Assembly: GCA_043818155.1 (NCBI GenBank)
Contig: JBDRGB010000011.1
Coordinates: 1 to 58,544 of the forward strand
DNA: 58,544 bases
Origin: Candidatus Aenigmatarchaeota archaeon
GTDB taxonomy: Archaea; Aenigmatarchaeota; Aenigmatarchaeia; CG10238-14; SCSR01
Reading direction: 5' to 3'
In this document: in pieces, positions 9,038-19,115 of the stretch
How the letters are laid out: each line of letters starts with the position of its first letter
How positions within the stretch are numbered: the first letter of the stretch is position 1
Notes under the pieces: generated by a model
What the model was told of the DNA's origin: nothing
The model's database searches: none
The model's input: the letters and a program-made list of their open reading frames with translations, nothing else
Made by a program: the position numbers and the translations under genes

Positions 9038-9955
9038 TCAGTTCTTCAGCTTCACCTTCATGAAGTCGTACGCGACCTTCGTGTCCGGGAATATCCTGCG
9101 CGCCGCAGTTTCCATTTCGCGTATGTCCTCCTTCGTCGAGTAGCGCCGGCTCATGTGCGTGAGTATCAGCTGCTTGACGCCAGCATCGGCCGCCACCTTG
9201 GCCGCCTGCTTCACGTCGGCGTGCGCCTTGCCCTCGTCCTCCTCCAGAAAAGTACCGTCGTGTATGAGCAGATCCGCACCCTTTGCGAGCTTGACGACGT
9301 TCGCGCACGGCTTCGTGTCGCCCGAATACACGACCTTCAGCCCAGGCTTCACGTCCGCGACGTCCGCCAGCTTTATTCTTTTTCCTTTGACCGTCGCAAC
9401 GCCGTCCGCCTTCAGCTTCTTCATCCAAGCCCCGCGCCTGAGCCCGGCGGTCTTTATCTTCTCCAAATCGATCGTGTACCTATCCTTCTCCTTGAAAAGA
9501 TAGCCGACGCTCGGCACTGTGTGGTAGACTGGAATCGACCAGACCTCGTACTCGGCCGTCTCGTCGACCTTCGTTGCCTCCTCTCCGCTGAACGGGACGT
9601 TTATCGCTTCGACGGGGAAGCGCAATCCGAAATAGCCGAGGTCGAGTATGTTAGAGACGAAGCGTTCGGCCTCCGGCCCGAAAATTTGCAGCGGTTCCTT
9701 GCGCTTCTCAAGGTTCATGGTCTGTATGAGCGGAATGAGCCCGGAGAAGTGGTCGGCGTGCCAGTGCGATATGAATATCTTCTGCAGCTTCATGAAGCTT
9801 ATGCCCGAGCGCATAAGATGCTTCTGCGTCCCTTCCCCGCAGTCGAAAAGCAAAAAATGCCGCTCGTCCGAAGAGTACTCCAGTACAATCGCCGGATGGT
9901 TGCGATCGAGGCTCGGTATGCCCGAGACCGTGCCCAAAAACGTGATGTCTATCAT
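9038..9955 (-). CDS. rnz: ribonuclease Z (tRNA 3' endonuclease)
   Basis: Metallo-beta-lactamase motif ISHWHADH, MIDITFLGT N-terminus and C-terminal LTHMSRRY. ATG 9955 is preceded by GTGAT; the track start is GTG 9964. Confidence 0.85.
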   Translation of the reverse strand: MIDITFLGTVSGIPSLDRNHPAIVLEYSSDERHFLLFDCGEGTQKHLMRSGISFMKLQKIFISHWHADHFSGLIPLIQTMNLEKRKEPLQIFGPEAERFVSNILDLGYFGLRFPVEAINVPFSGEEATKVDETAEYEVWSIPVYHTVPSVGYLFKEKDRYTIDLEKIKTAGLRRGAWMKKLKADGVATVKGKRIKLADVADVKPGLKVVYSGDTKPCANVVKLAKGADLLIHDGTFLEEDEGKAHADVKQAAKVAADAGVKQLILTHMSRRYSTKEDIREMETAARRIFPDTKVAYDFMKVKLKN

Positions 9956-9968
9956 CCGAATCACTTGC

Positions 9969-11399
9969 CTAACTCAGGTTCTCCTTATCGAAATAATCTC
10001 GCAGGAAAACTCCAAACCCTTTGTCATTCTTCGCCAGTTTCGCTATTTTTTCGACATCCGCGGTGACCTGGAACCCGCGCGATATCTGCCTCGCGACGTG
10101 GCTCGGTACGCCTTTCGCCTCTAGCACCTTCAGCGAATCGCCGAGGCTGTCCCCGAGCTTCTCCTGCGCGGTCCTGAATCTGCGCTTCGTCTCCACGACC
10201 CAGAAACCGGCCTCCACGAACGGCCCGTTTATCGCGGAACGCTTGTATGTCTTCGCGAAGTTGCGAGCGCCCGTTTCGTCAAATACGCTCGGCCCGATTC
10301 GCTTGCGCACAGCCGGCAGTCTGCAGTTCTCCATCTCGATTATCACTGCGGCCAGCCTGTAGCCGTTCGTGTACACGTCTCGGCGCAGCACGTCGAAATC
10401 GTTCTCCCCAAGTATGGACTCCAGCCTTTGGCCCAGCCTCCGCATCTGCGGCCATAGTATGTCCGGCACTACGGCCGGCGGCTTGAAGCTCACGACAATC
10501 ACGCTCGTCTCCCTTTCCTGCACGACCGTCTTCAGCTCATTGGCCGACAGTGGCTTCTTCGGCTTCGGGAAGAACGCCTCCAGCGTGGGTTTCTCGAGGA
10601 AGCGCCTCGCGACCGAGCGCAGCTTGCAGAAGCTCGCAGGCGAGACGGCCGCGGCCGTGTTTCTGGTCCTGTCCGTCGGGTCGACGATTATCAGCGGCTG
10701 GTTCTTGAAAGCTTTCGCGAACTCGCGGTACTCCTCTTTTCTGTAGAAGTTCTCGATGTCGATTATCTCGCCCGCACGCCAACCCGCGACTGCTTTGAGT
10801 ATTCCCGCGAATTTACCATAACGGATTGTAAGCAGTTCGCAGACGTAGCCCGAGAAGCCTTCTGTCTTCGCGTCCGCTCCGTATACGCTGGCAGCAGTGC
10901 AGAACTGCTTCAGCAGCCGCACGTCGTTCGACATTTCCGCGGGTAGCTTCTTCTCGATGTAGCGCACGTGGAAGGGCGTGCGGTCGACCGACGACTTCAG
11001 TTGCTCCGTGGACTCGAGCTCGTAGCACGGCACAACGTCGATGTTCAGCCCGCGCACGCACCCGCCGGTGTACGGATGCTCGGCGTATTCGGTCGTAGCG
11101 CGGCCGCCGAGCTTTCGTATGACGTCCTTGCCTATCTGCAGCCCGAACTTTTCCAGCTTATCGCGCGTCAGGGACGGCTTGAAAAGTATGAAGAGGTCGA
11201 ACTCCATCTTTCCAGGAAGCCACGTGTCGCGCGTCAGGCTGCCGGCGATGATCGCGTACGCGTCGTGCTTCAGCGCCTCCTTGTTCGCCAGCTCGAGCGC
11301 GCGGGCCGCGAGCTTCTCCAGGCGCTCCCGTTCGGCCGTTTTCGGCACGACCTTCTTCACGGCTTTCTTCAATATCAGCTCCATCGAAGCCTTGGGCAT
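9969..11399 (-). CDS. cca: archaeal class I CCA-adding enzyme (tRNA nucleotidyltransferase)
   Basis: N-terminal nucleotidyltransferase core (IIAGSLTRDTWLPGKMEFDLFILF) with size and architecture of the archaeal CCA enzyme. ATG 11399 has a TATA-like CTTTATA 24-30 nt upstream, suggesting a leaderless transcript. The track start 11480 would overlap mtnP. Confidence 0.85.
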   Translation of the reverse strand: MPKASMELILKKAVKKVVPKTAERERLEKLAARALELANKEALKHDAYAIIAGSLTRDTWLPGKMEFDLFILFKPSLTRDKLEKFGLQIGKDVIRKLGGRATTEYAEHPYTGGCVRGLNIDVVPCYELESTEQLKSSVDRTPFHVRYIEKKLPAEMSNDVRLLKQFCTAASVYGADAKTEGFSGYVCELLTIRYGKFAGILKAVAGWRAGEIIDIENFYRKEEYREFAKAFKNQPLIIVDPTDRTRNTAAAVSPASFCKLRSVARRFLEKPTLEAFFPKPKKPLSANELKTVVQERETSVIVVSFKPPAVVPDILWPQMRRLGQRLESILGENDFDVLRRDVYTNGYRLAAVIIEMENCRLPAVRKRIGPSVFDETGARNFAKTYKRSAINGPFVEAGFWVVETKRRFRTAQEKLGDSLGDSLKVLEAKGVPSHVARQISRGFQVTADVEKIAKLAKNDKGFGVFLRDYFDKENLS

Positions 11400-11448
11400 A
11401 ATTAGTTTTTCGCGGCGGCTGTATAAAGGTTTGCCAGGACTGGTCCGG

Positions 11449-12270
11449 TCAGGCGGTCGCGTCCTTGAGCGCACGTCCACATCCGCAGCCGCGTTCAGCG
11501 GGGATTTTCTGAATTACGTCCGTCAGAATCATCCTGACCTTTCCGGCGCTCTTGCGCATGTTGGACAATATCTCGTCCATAGAGACCGGCTTCTCGGCCC
11601 AGACGTCATAGTCAGTTATGGTGTTTATCGACGCGTAGCAAAGCTCGGCCTCACGAGCTAGCTGGCATTCCGGCACGAGCGTCATACCTATCACGTCGCC
11701 GAAGTTGCGGTACATCCTGCTTTCGGCGCGCGTCGAGAATCTCGGCCCCTCAATGCAGACGTACGTGCCGCTCTCCTTGATGTCGATGCCCAGCGAACTG
11801 CCGGAACGCGCGAGCGCCATTCGCAGCTCCTTGCAGAACGGGTCGGCAGCGGAAACGTGGTAGACCGTGCCGCGGTTGAAGAACGTGTATTGCCTGGTCT
11901 TCGTGAAGTCGACGAACTGGTCGGCTATGACCACGTCGCCCGGCATGTATATTTCCTTGAGCGAGCCTACGGCGCCGGTCGCCAGTATGCGTTTCACGCC
12001 CAACTTCTTCAGCGCCCATATGTTCGCGCGGCTGTTCACCATGTGCGGCGGTATCGAATGCCCTGGCCCGTGTCGGTTGACGAAGGCTATGCGCCTGCCT
12101 GACATCTCGCCGACTATGATTTTGTCCGAGGGGTTGCCGAAAGGCGTGGATATCCGGATTTCCCGCACGGACTTTATGATTTGAGGATCGTAGACGCCGG
12201 TGCCGCCTATTATGCCGATCTCCGCGTCGGCCGTGGCCGCGAGGTCGACTATGGAGCTGACGAATTTCAT
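11449..12270 (-). CDS. mtnP: S-methyl-5'-thioadenosine phosphorylase
   Basis: PNP/MTAP family motifs IGIIGGTGVYDP, FVNRHGPGHSIPPHMVN and IGMTLVPECQLAREAEL, plus a C-terminal CGCG motif. Confidence 0.85.
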   Translation of the reverse strand: MKFVSSIVDLAATADAEIGIIGGTGVYDPQIIKSVREIRISTPFGNPSDKIIVGEMSGRRIAFVNRHGPGHSIPPHMVNSRANIWALKKLGVKRILATGAVGSLKEIYMPGDVVIADQFVDFTKTRQYTFFNRGTVYHVSAADPFCKELRMALARSGSSLGIDIKESGTYVCIEGPRFSTRAESRMYRNFGDVIGMTLVPECQLAREAELCYASINTITDYDVWAEKPVSMDEILSNMRKSAGKVRMILTDVIQKIPAERGCGCGRALKDATA

Positions 12271-12295
12271 AATATTCTATCCGCAGTTACGCTTT

Positions 12296-12913
12296 TCACC
12301 TTAACGCGTCCCTTATCGCGGCGCGCGCAACTGCTCCGTCGCGAAGAATCTCGCACTTGCCTTCCTCTGAGACATCCACGACCGTGGATTCCACGCCTAT
12401 CTGGCTAGGCCCGCCGTCCAGCACGAAATCAACACGGTCGCCCAACCGCTCGCGCGCTTCGCCTGCAGTCGTTATCGATGGCTGCCCTGATATGTTCGCA
12501 GACGTGGCCGTGATCGGGCCCGCCAGTTCTATGAGCCTGAGCGCGACGTCGTTCCTCGGTATGCGTATGCCGACCTTGTCCGAGCCGGCCGTGAGCTCCT
12601 TCGGCAGCTTGGCCTTCATCTTCAACACGATGGTCAGCGGCCCCGGAAGGAACGCTTTTGCAAGCTTGCGGCCGGCAGTGTTCACGTATGCGACCTCGTC
12701 CGCCTGCCTCAGGTCCTTCACGGCAACGGACAGCGGGTTTTCGAGCGGCCGCCTCTTCGCTGCGAAGACCTTGAGCACGGCGACGCGGCTGAACGCGTTC
12801 GCGCCGAGCCCGTACACCGTCTCGGTCGGATACGCGACGAGCCCGCCGGCCTTTATCATCGCCGCGGCCTCCTTGATTGCCTTCCGCAGCGCAGCCGGGC
12901 CGCCGTATGCCAT
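12296..12913 (-). CDS. tsaC: L-threonylcarbamoyladenylate synthase (TsaC/Sua5/YrdC family, short form)
   Basis: YPTETVYGLGANAF and ATSANISGQPS motifs. At 205 aa it has no Sua5 C-terminal domain. Confidence 0.85.
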   Translation of the reverse strand: MAYGGPAALRKAIKEAAAMIKAGGLVAYPTETVYGLGANAFSRVAVLKVFAAKRRPLENPLSVAVKDLRQADEVAYVNTAGRKLAKAFLPGPLTIVLKMKAKLPKELTAGSDKVGIRIPRNDVALRLIELAGPITATSANISGQPSITTAGEARERLGDRVDFVLDGGPSQIGVESTVVDVSEEGKCEILRDGAVARAAIRDALR

Positions 12914-13031
12914 AACTTTCCTTTGGAAACCGGAATATAAATAAAGATTTCGCTACTGGACAATAGTAAACTTTATATAGTAACTACTACTCAATAGTGA
13001 ATAACGAAACAGGGCGAATGGGGCGAGACGG

Positions 13032-13187
13032 ATGAACGGGAAGATGGGCAACGCGGAGATGTTCGAGGAGCAGCTGTTCGAGGCTAGGAGCATGCTCTTC
13101 TCGGCGAGCAACGTGAAGCAGATACGGTTCCTACAGAACAAGATCAAGTACCTCGAGCAGCAGGTGAAGGCCTCGAAGCGTCGCTGA
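13032..13187 (+). CDS. hypothetical small coiled-coil protein (51 aa)
   Basis: Hand-found ORF MNGKMGNAEMFEEQLFEARSMLFSASNVKQIRFLQNKIKYLEQQVKASKRR. A TTTATATA box lies about 50 nt upstream. No recognisable family. Confidence 0.3.
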   Translation: MNGKMGNAEMFEEQLFEARSMLFSASNVKQIRFLQNKIKYLEQQVKASKRR

Positions 13188-13215
13188 TTCTTTATTCGTA
13201 ATATTCGTAAAAACA

Positions 13216-13288
13216 TAGCCCCGGGCGGATTCGAACCGCCGTCTTCAGCTCCAGAGGCTGACATCCTTGGCCACTAGACTACGGGGCT
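13216..13288 (-). tRNA. tRNA-Gln (anticodon CUG)
   Basis: The reverse complement folds as acceptor AGCCCCG/CGGGGCT with A1-U72 (typical of archaeal tRNA-Gln), anticodon stem TCAGC/GCTGA with loop CTCTGGA, T arm GGCGG-TTCGAAT-CCGCC, discriminator A. Confidence 0.85.
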
Positions 13289-13524
13289 GTGCTGTTCTGC
13301 GGCGAACGTCCGATGAAATCAAATGATTTGCGAAAATATATAAGCGTTCTTGTGCGTATTAAACTGTAGATTCGACGAAGGTGCTGGAAGTGCACGGTGG
13401 ACGTCAAACAGCCGAGTGATTCGCATCCGCTCAGCCACGCGTCTCTGCTTCTCGGGGCACGCCGGCACGCAAAGTTAATTCAATCCGTTTCACAAATTAG
13501 AATTACCGATGGGAGGAATCTAGC

Positions 13525-15258
13525 ATGAGGATACTGCAGTTGCATTCGGACTACATGGAGTACGAGCCGGTGAAGAAGGAGGCGCCGAACGCCGAGGACG
13601 TTCCGAAGGAGAGAACGAGGCTCGAGGACATACTTGTTTTGCTGACATGCGTGGAGAAGGGCGACGACGCGGCGGTCGGCATGCAGGCCGTCGACGAGGC
13701 TGCAAAGTTCATGAAGGACATGAAGGTGAAGCGCATGCTGCTGTATCCGTACGCGCACCTGAGCAGCGACCTCGCAGACCCGGCAACGGCGCTGGCAGTG
13801 ATGAAGGACATGGAGAAGCACGCGAAATCGCTGAAGCTCGACGTGGTGCGCGCGCCCTTCGGGTGGACGAAGAAGTTCACGATAGCGGTGAAGGGGCACC
13901 CGCTCGCGGAGCAGTCGCGCAGCGTAACGAAGGGAGGAAAGGAGGCAAAACCTGCTGCGAAGAAAGCGATTGAAAGGGAGATTGCGAAACTGGACGAGAA
14001 GACGCTCGATGAGAAGAAGGCCGTGATGTTCAGGCAGGCGAAGATAGATGCCACAGAGCTTCCGCCGAACGACCACCGCGTGATAGGCCAGCAGATGGAT
14101 TTGTACAGCTTCCACGACGCGGCGCCGGGAATGCCGTTCTTCCACAATGCGGGCATGATCGTAATCAACGAACTGCTAAAGTACTGGAAGGACCTTCACA
14201 GGGAGGCCGGCTACATAGAAGCCAAGACGCCGATAATGATGAACAAGAAGCTGTGGGAGATAAGCGGGCACTGGGACAAGTACCGCGAGAACATGTATTT
14301 CACGAAGATAGACGACGAGGACTTCGCGGTCAAGCCCATGAACTGCCCCGGAAACATACTGATATTCCGCTCGAAGGTGCGTTCGTATAGGGACCTTCCG
14401 GTGAGGATGTTCGAACTCGGACTCGTGCACAGGCACGAACTGTCCGGCGTCCTGTCCGGCCTGTTCCGCGTGCGGTGCTTCACGCAGGACGACGCGCACA
14501 TCTTCATGCGCGAGGACCAAATAACGGACGAGATAGTCGGAGTGATAAAACTCGTTACGGGATTTTACAAGACCTTCGGGTTCGACTACCATATAGAGCT
14601 GTCGACCAGGCCCAAGGACTCCATAGGCACGGACGATCAATGGGCAGCCGCGGAGAAGGGGCTGAGGGAAGCGCTTGATTCGGAAAAGATAAAGTACAAG
14701 CTCAACCCGGGCGACGGCGCTTTCTACGGGCCGAAGATAGACTTCCACGTGAAGGACGCGATGGGGCGCACTTGGCAGTGCGGGACCATACAGCTGGACA
14801 TGACAATGCCCGAGAAGTTCGACCTAAGCTACGTCGGTGCCGACAATCGCCCGCACCGTGTGGTCATGATACACCGCACGATAATGGGCTCGATCGAGAG
14901 GTTCATGGGCATACTCGTCGAACACTTCGGGGGCAAGTTCCCCGTCTGGCTCGCGCCGGTTCAGGCAAGCGTCGTGCCGATAAGCGAGAAGAACAACAAG
15001 TATGCGCAGAAGGTTGCGGACGAGCTTGACAAACAGGGGCTGCGCGTGGAAGCGGACCTGTCTTCCAACACCATGGACTACAAGGTGCGCGGGGCGCAGC
15101 TGCAAAAGGTCCCGTATACACTCGTGGTCGGCGAGAAGGAGGAGAAGGCAAAGACCGTGGCGGTGCGCGGCCGCGATGGCAAGGTCGAGTACGGGGTGAA
15201 GCTGCCGGACTTTGTGAAAAGGATTCGTGAAAATATCGAAAAAAAGTCGCTCGCGTAG
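13525..15258 (+). CDS. thrS: threonyl-tRNA synthetase, archaeal type with N-terminal editing domain
   Basis: N-terminus MRILQLHSDYMEYEP... (archaea-specific ThrRS editing domain) followed by the class II catalytic core (HRVIGQQMDLYSFH, FRVRCFTQDDAHIF) and an anticodon-binding domain. Confidence 0.9.
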   Translation: MRILQLHSDYMEYEPVKKEAPNAEDVPKERTRLEDILVLLTCVEKGDDAAVGMQAVDEAAKFMKDMKVKRMLLYPYAHLSSDLADPATALAVMKDMEKHAKSLKLDVVRAPFGWTKKFTIAVKGHPLAEQSRSVTKGGKEAKPAAKKAIEREIAKLDEKTLDEKKAVMFRQAKIDATELPPNDHRVIGQQMDLYSFHDAAPGMPFFHNAGMIVINELLKYWKDLHREAGYIEAKTPIMMNKKLWEISGHWDKYRENMYFTKIDDEDFAVKPMNCPGNILIFRSKVRSYRDLPVRMFELGLVHRHELSGVLSGLFRVRCFTQDDAHIFMREDQITDEIVGVIKLVTGFYKTFGFDYHIELSTRPKDSIGTDDQWAAAEKGLREALDSEKIKYKLNPGDGAFYGPKIDFHVKDAMGRTWQCGTIQLDMTMPEKFDLSYVGADNRPHRVVMIHRTIMGSIERFMGILVEHFGGKFPVWLAPVQASVVPISEKNNKYAQKVADELDKQGLRVEADLSSNTMDYKVRGAQLQKVPYTLVVGEKEEKAKTVAVRGRDGKVEYGVKLPDFVKRIRENIEKKSLA

Positions 15259-15265
15259 GAAACTT

Positions 15266-16090
15266 CTACTTCATCGACTTTCCGTGCGTCCAGAGGTGGT
15301 CGAATATGGGGTTCAGCAGGTTGCTCGCGGCGTAGTTGCTCTTGCTCCATATCGCGATGTCCTGGGTGTCGTGCACTGACTTGGGGTCCGTCAGCGGCAT
15401 GAGCATCTCTTTGCCGTCGACGATGAAGAACTTGCCGTCTATCGAAAGGTCTTTCCTGCTTATCGCCCGCACCTCCCCTACGCTGTTCAACGGCTTTGCG
15501 CTTTCGGGGAGCTTTGAAGTGTTGGCAGCGATCTTGATCGAAACGCCCCGTTCCTTGGCCTGCCTCAGCGTGTCGAAATGCGAAGAGAACAACTCGTCAA
15601 GCCCGGTGTCGTTCGTGACTATGTTTATGCTCTTGCTCGCGTCCCTGAGCATGGATCCTATCTGCTGCGAGACCGAGTACCTGCCCTTCAGGGCCCCGGT
15701 CATCTCCTCAGGTGTGGTTATCTTCATGCCCTTCTGGAACAGCTCGTCCATCTCGCGCATCACAGGCGATCCGTTGAGGTCGTCTATGCGTTCCTGTATC
15801 GCGCGCACGTCCTCCTCGAGCTTGGCCTTCGCGCGCTCCAGCGCTTCGAACGGCCTTACGGTCACGTAACGTATCGGCTTGCCCGTCTGCACAATGACGA
15901 ATCCCTTGTCCGCAAGGCTTTGTAGTATGTCGTACGACCTGGAGCGCGGGACGTTCCCTATCTCGGAAAGTTCGCCGGCGGTCGAAGTGCCGCGCGCGAG
16001 CAGTGCGACCCACAGCCTGCGCTCGTAGAGGTTGAGCCCGATACCCTTAAGCGCGTCCATGACCCTCGCAGACACGATCATTAACATCAT
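15266..16090 (-). CDS. TrmB-family transcriptional regulator
   Basis: N-terminal winged helix LGLNLYERRLWVALLARGTSTAGELSEIGNVPRSRSYDILQSLADKGFV plus a TrmB-like C-terminal domain. Confidence 0.75.
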   Translation of the reverse strand: MMLMIVSARVMDALKGIGLNLYERRLWVALLARGTSTAGELSEIGNVPRSRSYDILQSLADKGFVIVQTGKPIRYVTVRPFEALERAKAKLEEDVRAIQERIDDLNGSPVMREMDELFQKGMKITTPEEMTGALKGRYSVSQQIGSMLRDASKSINIVTNDTGLDELFSSHFDTLRQAKERGVSIKIAANTSKLPESAKPLNSVGEVRAISRKDLSIDGKFFIVDGKEMLMPLTDPKSVHDTQDIAIWSKSNYAASNLLNPIFDHLWTHGKSMK

Positions 16091-16217
16091 CCGAGAGACG
16101 GAAACGGAAATCCGCGCAACCGTTTGCGCGAACGTCCTTGTTTTAACTAATTAGTGATTTAATATATAAGTTTTTATAGCTTACAAGTAGTCCATCGCGG
16201 CCGCTCGAATGCCGAAT

Positions 16218-17894
16218 TCACGCCTTTTTTTTCTGCGACCGGTACAGTTTGCGCATGCGTTCGATTGTATCGGCCTCATCTGGTCCCTTGTCCGCGCTCC
16301 TGTCGCGCAGAAGACGCGGAAAGCGCAGCGCGAAACCCGAATCGTACGTAGGCGAGCGCTGTATCTCCTGGTAGCCTATCTCGAGGACGATGCTCGGCTT
16401 GAATTTCACGCTCCGTCCGCGCTCTTCGAATATGGTCGCCTTCAACCGTTTCGTCATTTCCTTGAACTGCTCGTCCGTGAGCCCGGTGCCCATCATGCCG
16501 CACTGGAGGAATTCGCCCGTGCCTGGGTCTCGGCAGCCGAGTATGAAGCTGCTCAGCCAGTTCGCGCGCTTGCCGGTGCCCCAGTCAGCACCGACGATGA
16601 CCAGGTCGAGAGGCTCCATGGTCGGCTTGACCTTGAGCCAATAGCCGACGCGCCTTCCGGGGATGTACTTCGAGTCGAGGTTCTTCACCATCACGCCCTC
16701 TTCGCCTATCTCGAGCGCGTGTCTGTAGAACTTTTCCGCCTCTTTCAGGTCCTTCGTCACCACGTGCTCGGTGAACTGGAACTTGCCAGGCAGCACCCTG
16801 ATTATCTTCTGCATTAATTCCCTCCTTTCGGACAGCTTCTCCTCCAGCAGCGACCTGCCGTCCGCGTACATCACGTCGAAGACGTTTACCTGGACCGGCA
16901 ACTCGTCGGCCATGCGCTCTATGCCGTACTTCCTCTGTATCCTCTGCGACAGCTGCTGGAACGGAAGCGGTTTCCCGGTGCGTCTGTCCATGCCCACGGC
17001 CTCGCAGTCTAGCACGCACGTGCCCGCCTTGACGTGTTCCTTGACCATCCTGACTATGTCCGGGAACTGCCTCGTCACTTCCTCGAGGCGCCTCGTGAAG
17101 AGCCTGACAGCGCCGCCGTCCTTGTGTATCTGCACGCGGGCGCCGTCGTACTTGACCTCGACTATCGGCCGGTCGAACGCTTCCATCGCGGTCTTCAGGT
17201 CCGGCGCCTTCTCAGCGAGCAGCACCTGCAGCGAGGTGCCGATATTTATATCGACGCGCTTCAACCCGGCGTCGCCCTTTGATTTCGCTATCGATGCTAT
17301 GCGTCCATAGTCGGGCATCATGTTCCACGCGTGTTCGACGTTCGCGGCATCGACGTCGAAGGCCTCCGCTATCGCGTCGCGGACGATTCCCTCCGCCACC
17401 CCGATTCTCAGCGTTCCGAGCGCGGTGCGAACTATATATTTCGCCTCCTTCGGCGACGCGGACGACACGAGTTCCGCTATCAGCCCGAGCTTCCGGTCCT
17501 GCGAACCCCCGCCCGACATCCCAGGCAGCTTTCGCAGGCTGTTGAAAACCTTGTCCACGGTGAGCTTCCTGCGCATCAGAGTCGACTGGCTCCTGGACCT
17601 GACGAAGTTCTCGGTCGTAATCCCGAGGTCGCCGGTCTTTTTGAATTCCGACGTTACCTGGACGTCCGAGTGCCCGGTCGCCTTCTCTATCGCCCGCCTC
17701 ATCATCTTCTCCGCGATGCCCAACTCCTCCTCCGAGTACGATGGGAATACCTGCCCGGTCGCAAGCAAAACTATCTTTTCCAAGTCCGCGGTCGGCGATC
17801 CCTTGAGCAGCCGTGCCAGTATGTCCCGCTTGCCGAGCTTCGAGGAGGTGGCCTCCAGACTCTCGTACACTTCCACGAGCTTCGAATATTCCAT
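16218..17894 (-). CDS. lig: ATP-dependent DNA ligase
   Basis: Adenylation motif VEVKYDGARVQIH, plus EGVMVK and LVIVGADWGTGKRANWLSSF motifs. MEYSKLVEVYESLE is a typical start at ATG 17894; the track start is 17924. Confidence 0.9.
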   Translation of the reverse strand: MEYSKLVEVYESLEATSSKLGKRDILARLLKGSPTADLEKIVLLATGQVFPSYSEEELGIAEKMMRRAIEKATGHSDVQVTSEFKKTGDLGITTENFVRSRSQSTLMRRKLTVDKVFNSLRKLPGMSGGGSQDRKLGLIAELVSSASPKEAKYIVRTALGTLRIGVAEGIVRDAIAEAFDVDAANVEHAWNMMPDYGRIASIAKSKGDAGLKRVDINIGTSLQVLLAEKAPDLKTAMEAFDRPIVEVKYDGARVQIHKDGGAVRLFTRRLEEVTRQFPDIVRMVKEHVKAGTCVLDCEAVGMDRRTGKPLPFQQLSQRIQRKYGIERMADELPVQVNVFDVMYADGRSLLEEKLSERRELMQKIIRVLPGKFQFTEHVVTKDLKEAEKFYRHALEIGEEGVMVKNLDSKYIPGRRVGYWLKVKPTMEPLDLVIVGADWGTGKRANWLSSFILGCRDPGTGEFLQCGMMGTGLTDEQFKEMTKRLKATIFEERGRSVKFKPSIVLEIGYQEIQRSPTYDSGFALRFPRLLRDRSADKGPDEADTIERMRKLYRSQKKKA

Positions 17895-18046
17895 CCGAAC
17901 ACGCGCCCGGACCCTTCCGGACAATTCAAATTTAAATTAGAAAGGTTTATAATCTTCTATAAAAACCGGAAAACGAGAAAGAGGGCAAGAATTTCCTTCG
18001 GACCTTTCGCCATCGCGGACCCGATAGGGATTTAGCCACGTCGTTT

Positions 18047-18253
18047 TTGGCAGGCATGCAGATGACGGTCATAGACAAACACCGGATAATAAGGGAGCGC
18101 TGGACGCTCGGCGTGTGCGGGAACTGCGGCCACAACCCGGAGCACGTGCGGATGGTCATGGAGCGCATCGTGTCGGGCGATGCCGGCAAGTCCAGGCGCT
18201 CGGAAATGGAAGTGTGGGTGTGCCCAAGGTGCGGCTACTGCAGAAAGCTCTGA
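18047..18253 (+). CDS. hypothetical small Zn-ribbon protein
   Basis: CGNCG ... CPRCGYC cysteine pairs. No other recognisable features. Start uncertain (TTG 18047 or ATG 18056). Confidence 0.4.
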   Translation: MAGMQMTVIDKHRIIRERWTLGVCGNCGHNPEHVRMVMERIVSGDAGKSRRSEMEVWVCPRCGYCRKL

Positions 18254-18334
18254 CATAGCCGCGCGCCGCATAGAAAAGGATTTACATCTGCTTTGCGAAT
18301 TAGATTTAGGCAGCACCGGCTTGAGGGGTGGCAT

Positions 18335-19054
18335 ATGAACGTCTTCGACTGCATATTCAACCGCCGCAGCACGCGCAGCTTCACGAAAGCGAGCGTGGAC
18401 GACAAACTGATAGGCGTGATGCTTTACGCGGCCACGAATGCGCCGTCAGCGGGCAACACCCAGGAATGGATTTTCATAGTCGTCAAAGACGAGGACGTCA
18501 AAGAGAAGCTGGCCGACGCCGCGCTCAAGCAGGATTTCGTTGCGGAGGCGCCTGTGGTGATAGTCGTGTGCATGGACAAGGAGAAGGTTTCCATGCACTA
18601 TGGGAAGCGCGGCGAAGCCCTGTACGGGGTGCAGGACACAGCCGCGGCCACCATGAACATGATGCTCGCCGCGGAGGGGCTGGGGCTGAAGACGTGCTGG
18701 GTCGGCGCGTTCGACGAGGACCGCGTCGGCCACATACTCGAGCTCCCAAACGAGGTGAGGCCGATGGCCATAGTACCAGTGGGTTACTCGGACGAGACAC
18801 CCATAAAACCGAGGCGCATACAGATCGAGAACCTTACGCACGTGGACGCCTACGGAAAGAAGTACGATATCGCCTACGCCGTGCAGACCTCGGGCGGCAA
18901 GGAGCTTAGGTTCAAGCCAATAGGCAACTACATAGAGGACGTCCTGAACAAGAGGATGAAGCAGTCGAAGCAGGCGAAACAGAAGGAGGACGCGCCGAAG
19001 AAGACGACGTTCGCGGATTTCTTGAAGAGACTCGGCTCCCGGGCCGGGCTTTAA
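18335..19054 (+). CDS. nitroreductase-family protein
   Basis: MNVFDCIFNRRSTRSFT... and NAPSAGNTQEWIFIVV motifs. Lys-rich C-terminal tail. ATG 18335 is preceded by AGGGGTG; the track ORF starts at 18293. Confidence 0.8.
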   Translation: MNVFDCIFNRRSTRSFTKASVDDKLIGVMLYAATNAPSAGNTQEWIFIVVKDEDVKEKLADAALKQDFVAEAPVVIVVCMDKEKVSMHYGKRGEALYGVQDTAAATMNMMLAAEGLGLKTCWVGAFDEDRVGHILELPNEVRPMAIVPVGYSDETPIKPRRIQIENLTHVDAYGKKYDIAYAVQTSGGKELRFKPIGNYIEDVLNKRMKQSKQAKQKEDAPKKTTFADFLKRLGSRAGL

Positions 19055-19115
19055 ACTTAATATACCGGAAACCAAATGTTATATAGAAAACGCGCGACGG
19101 CGCGGGCGTGTTGTC

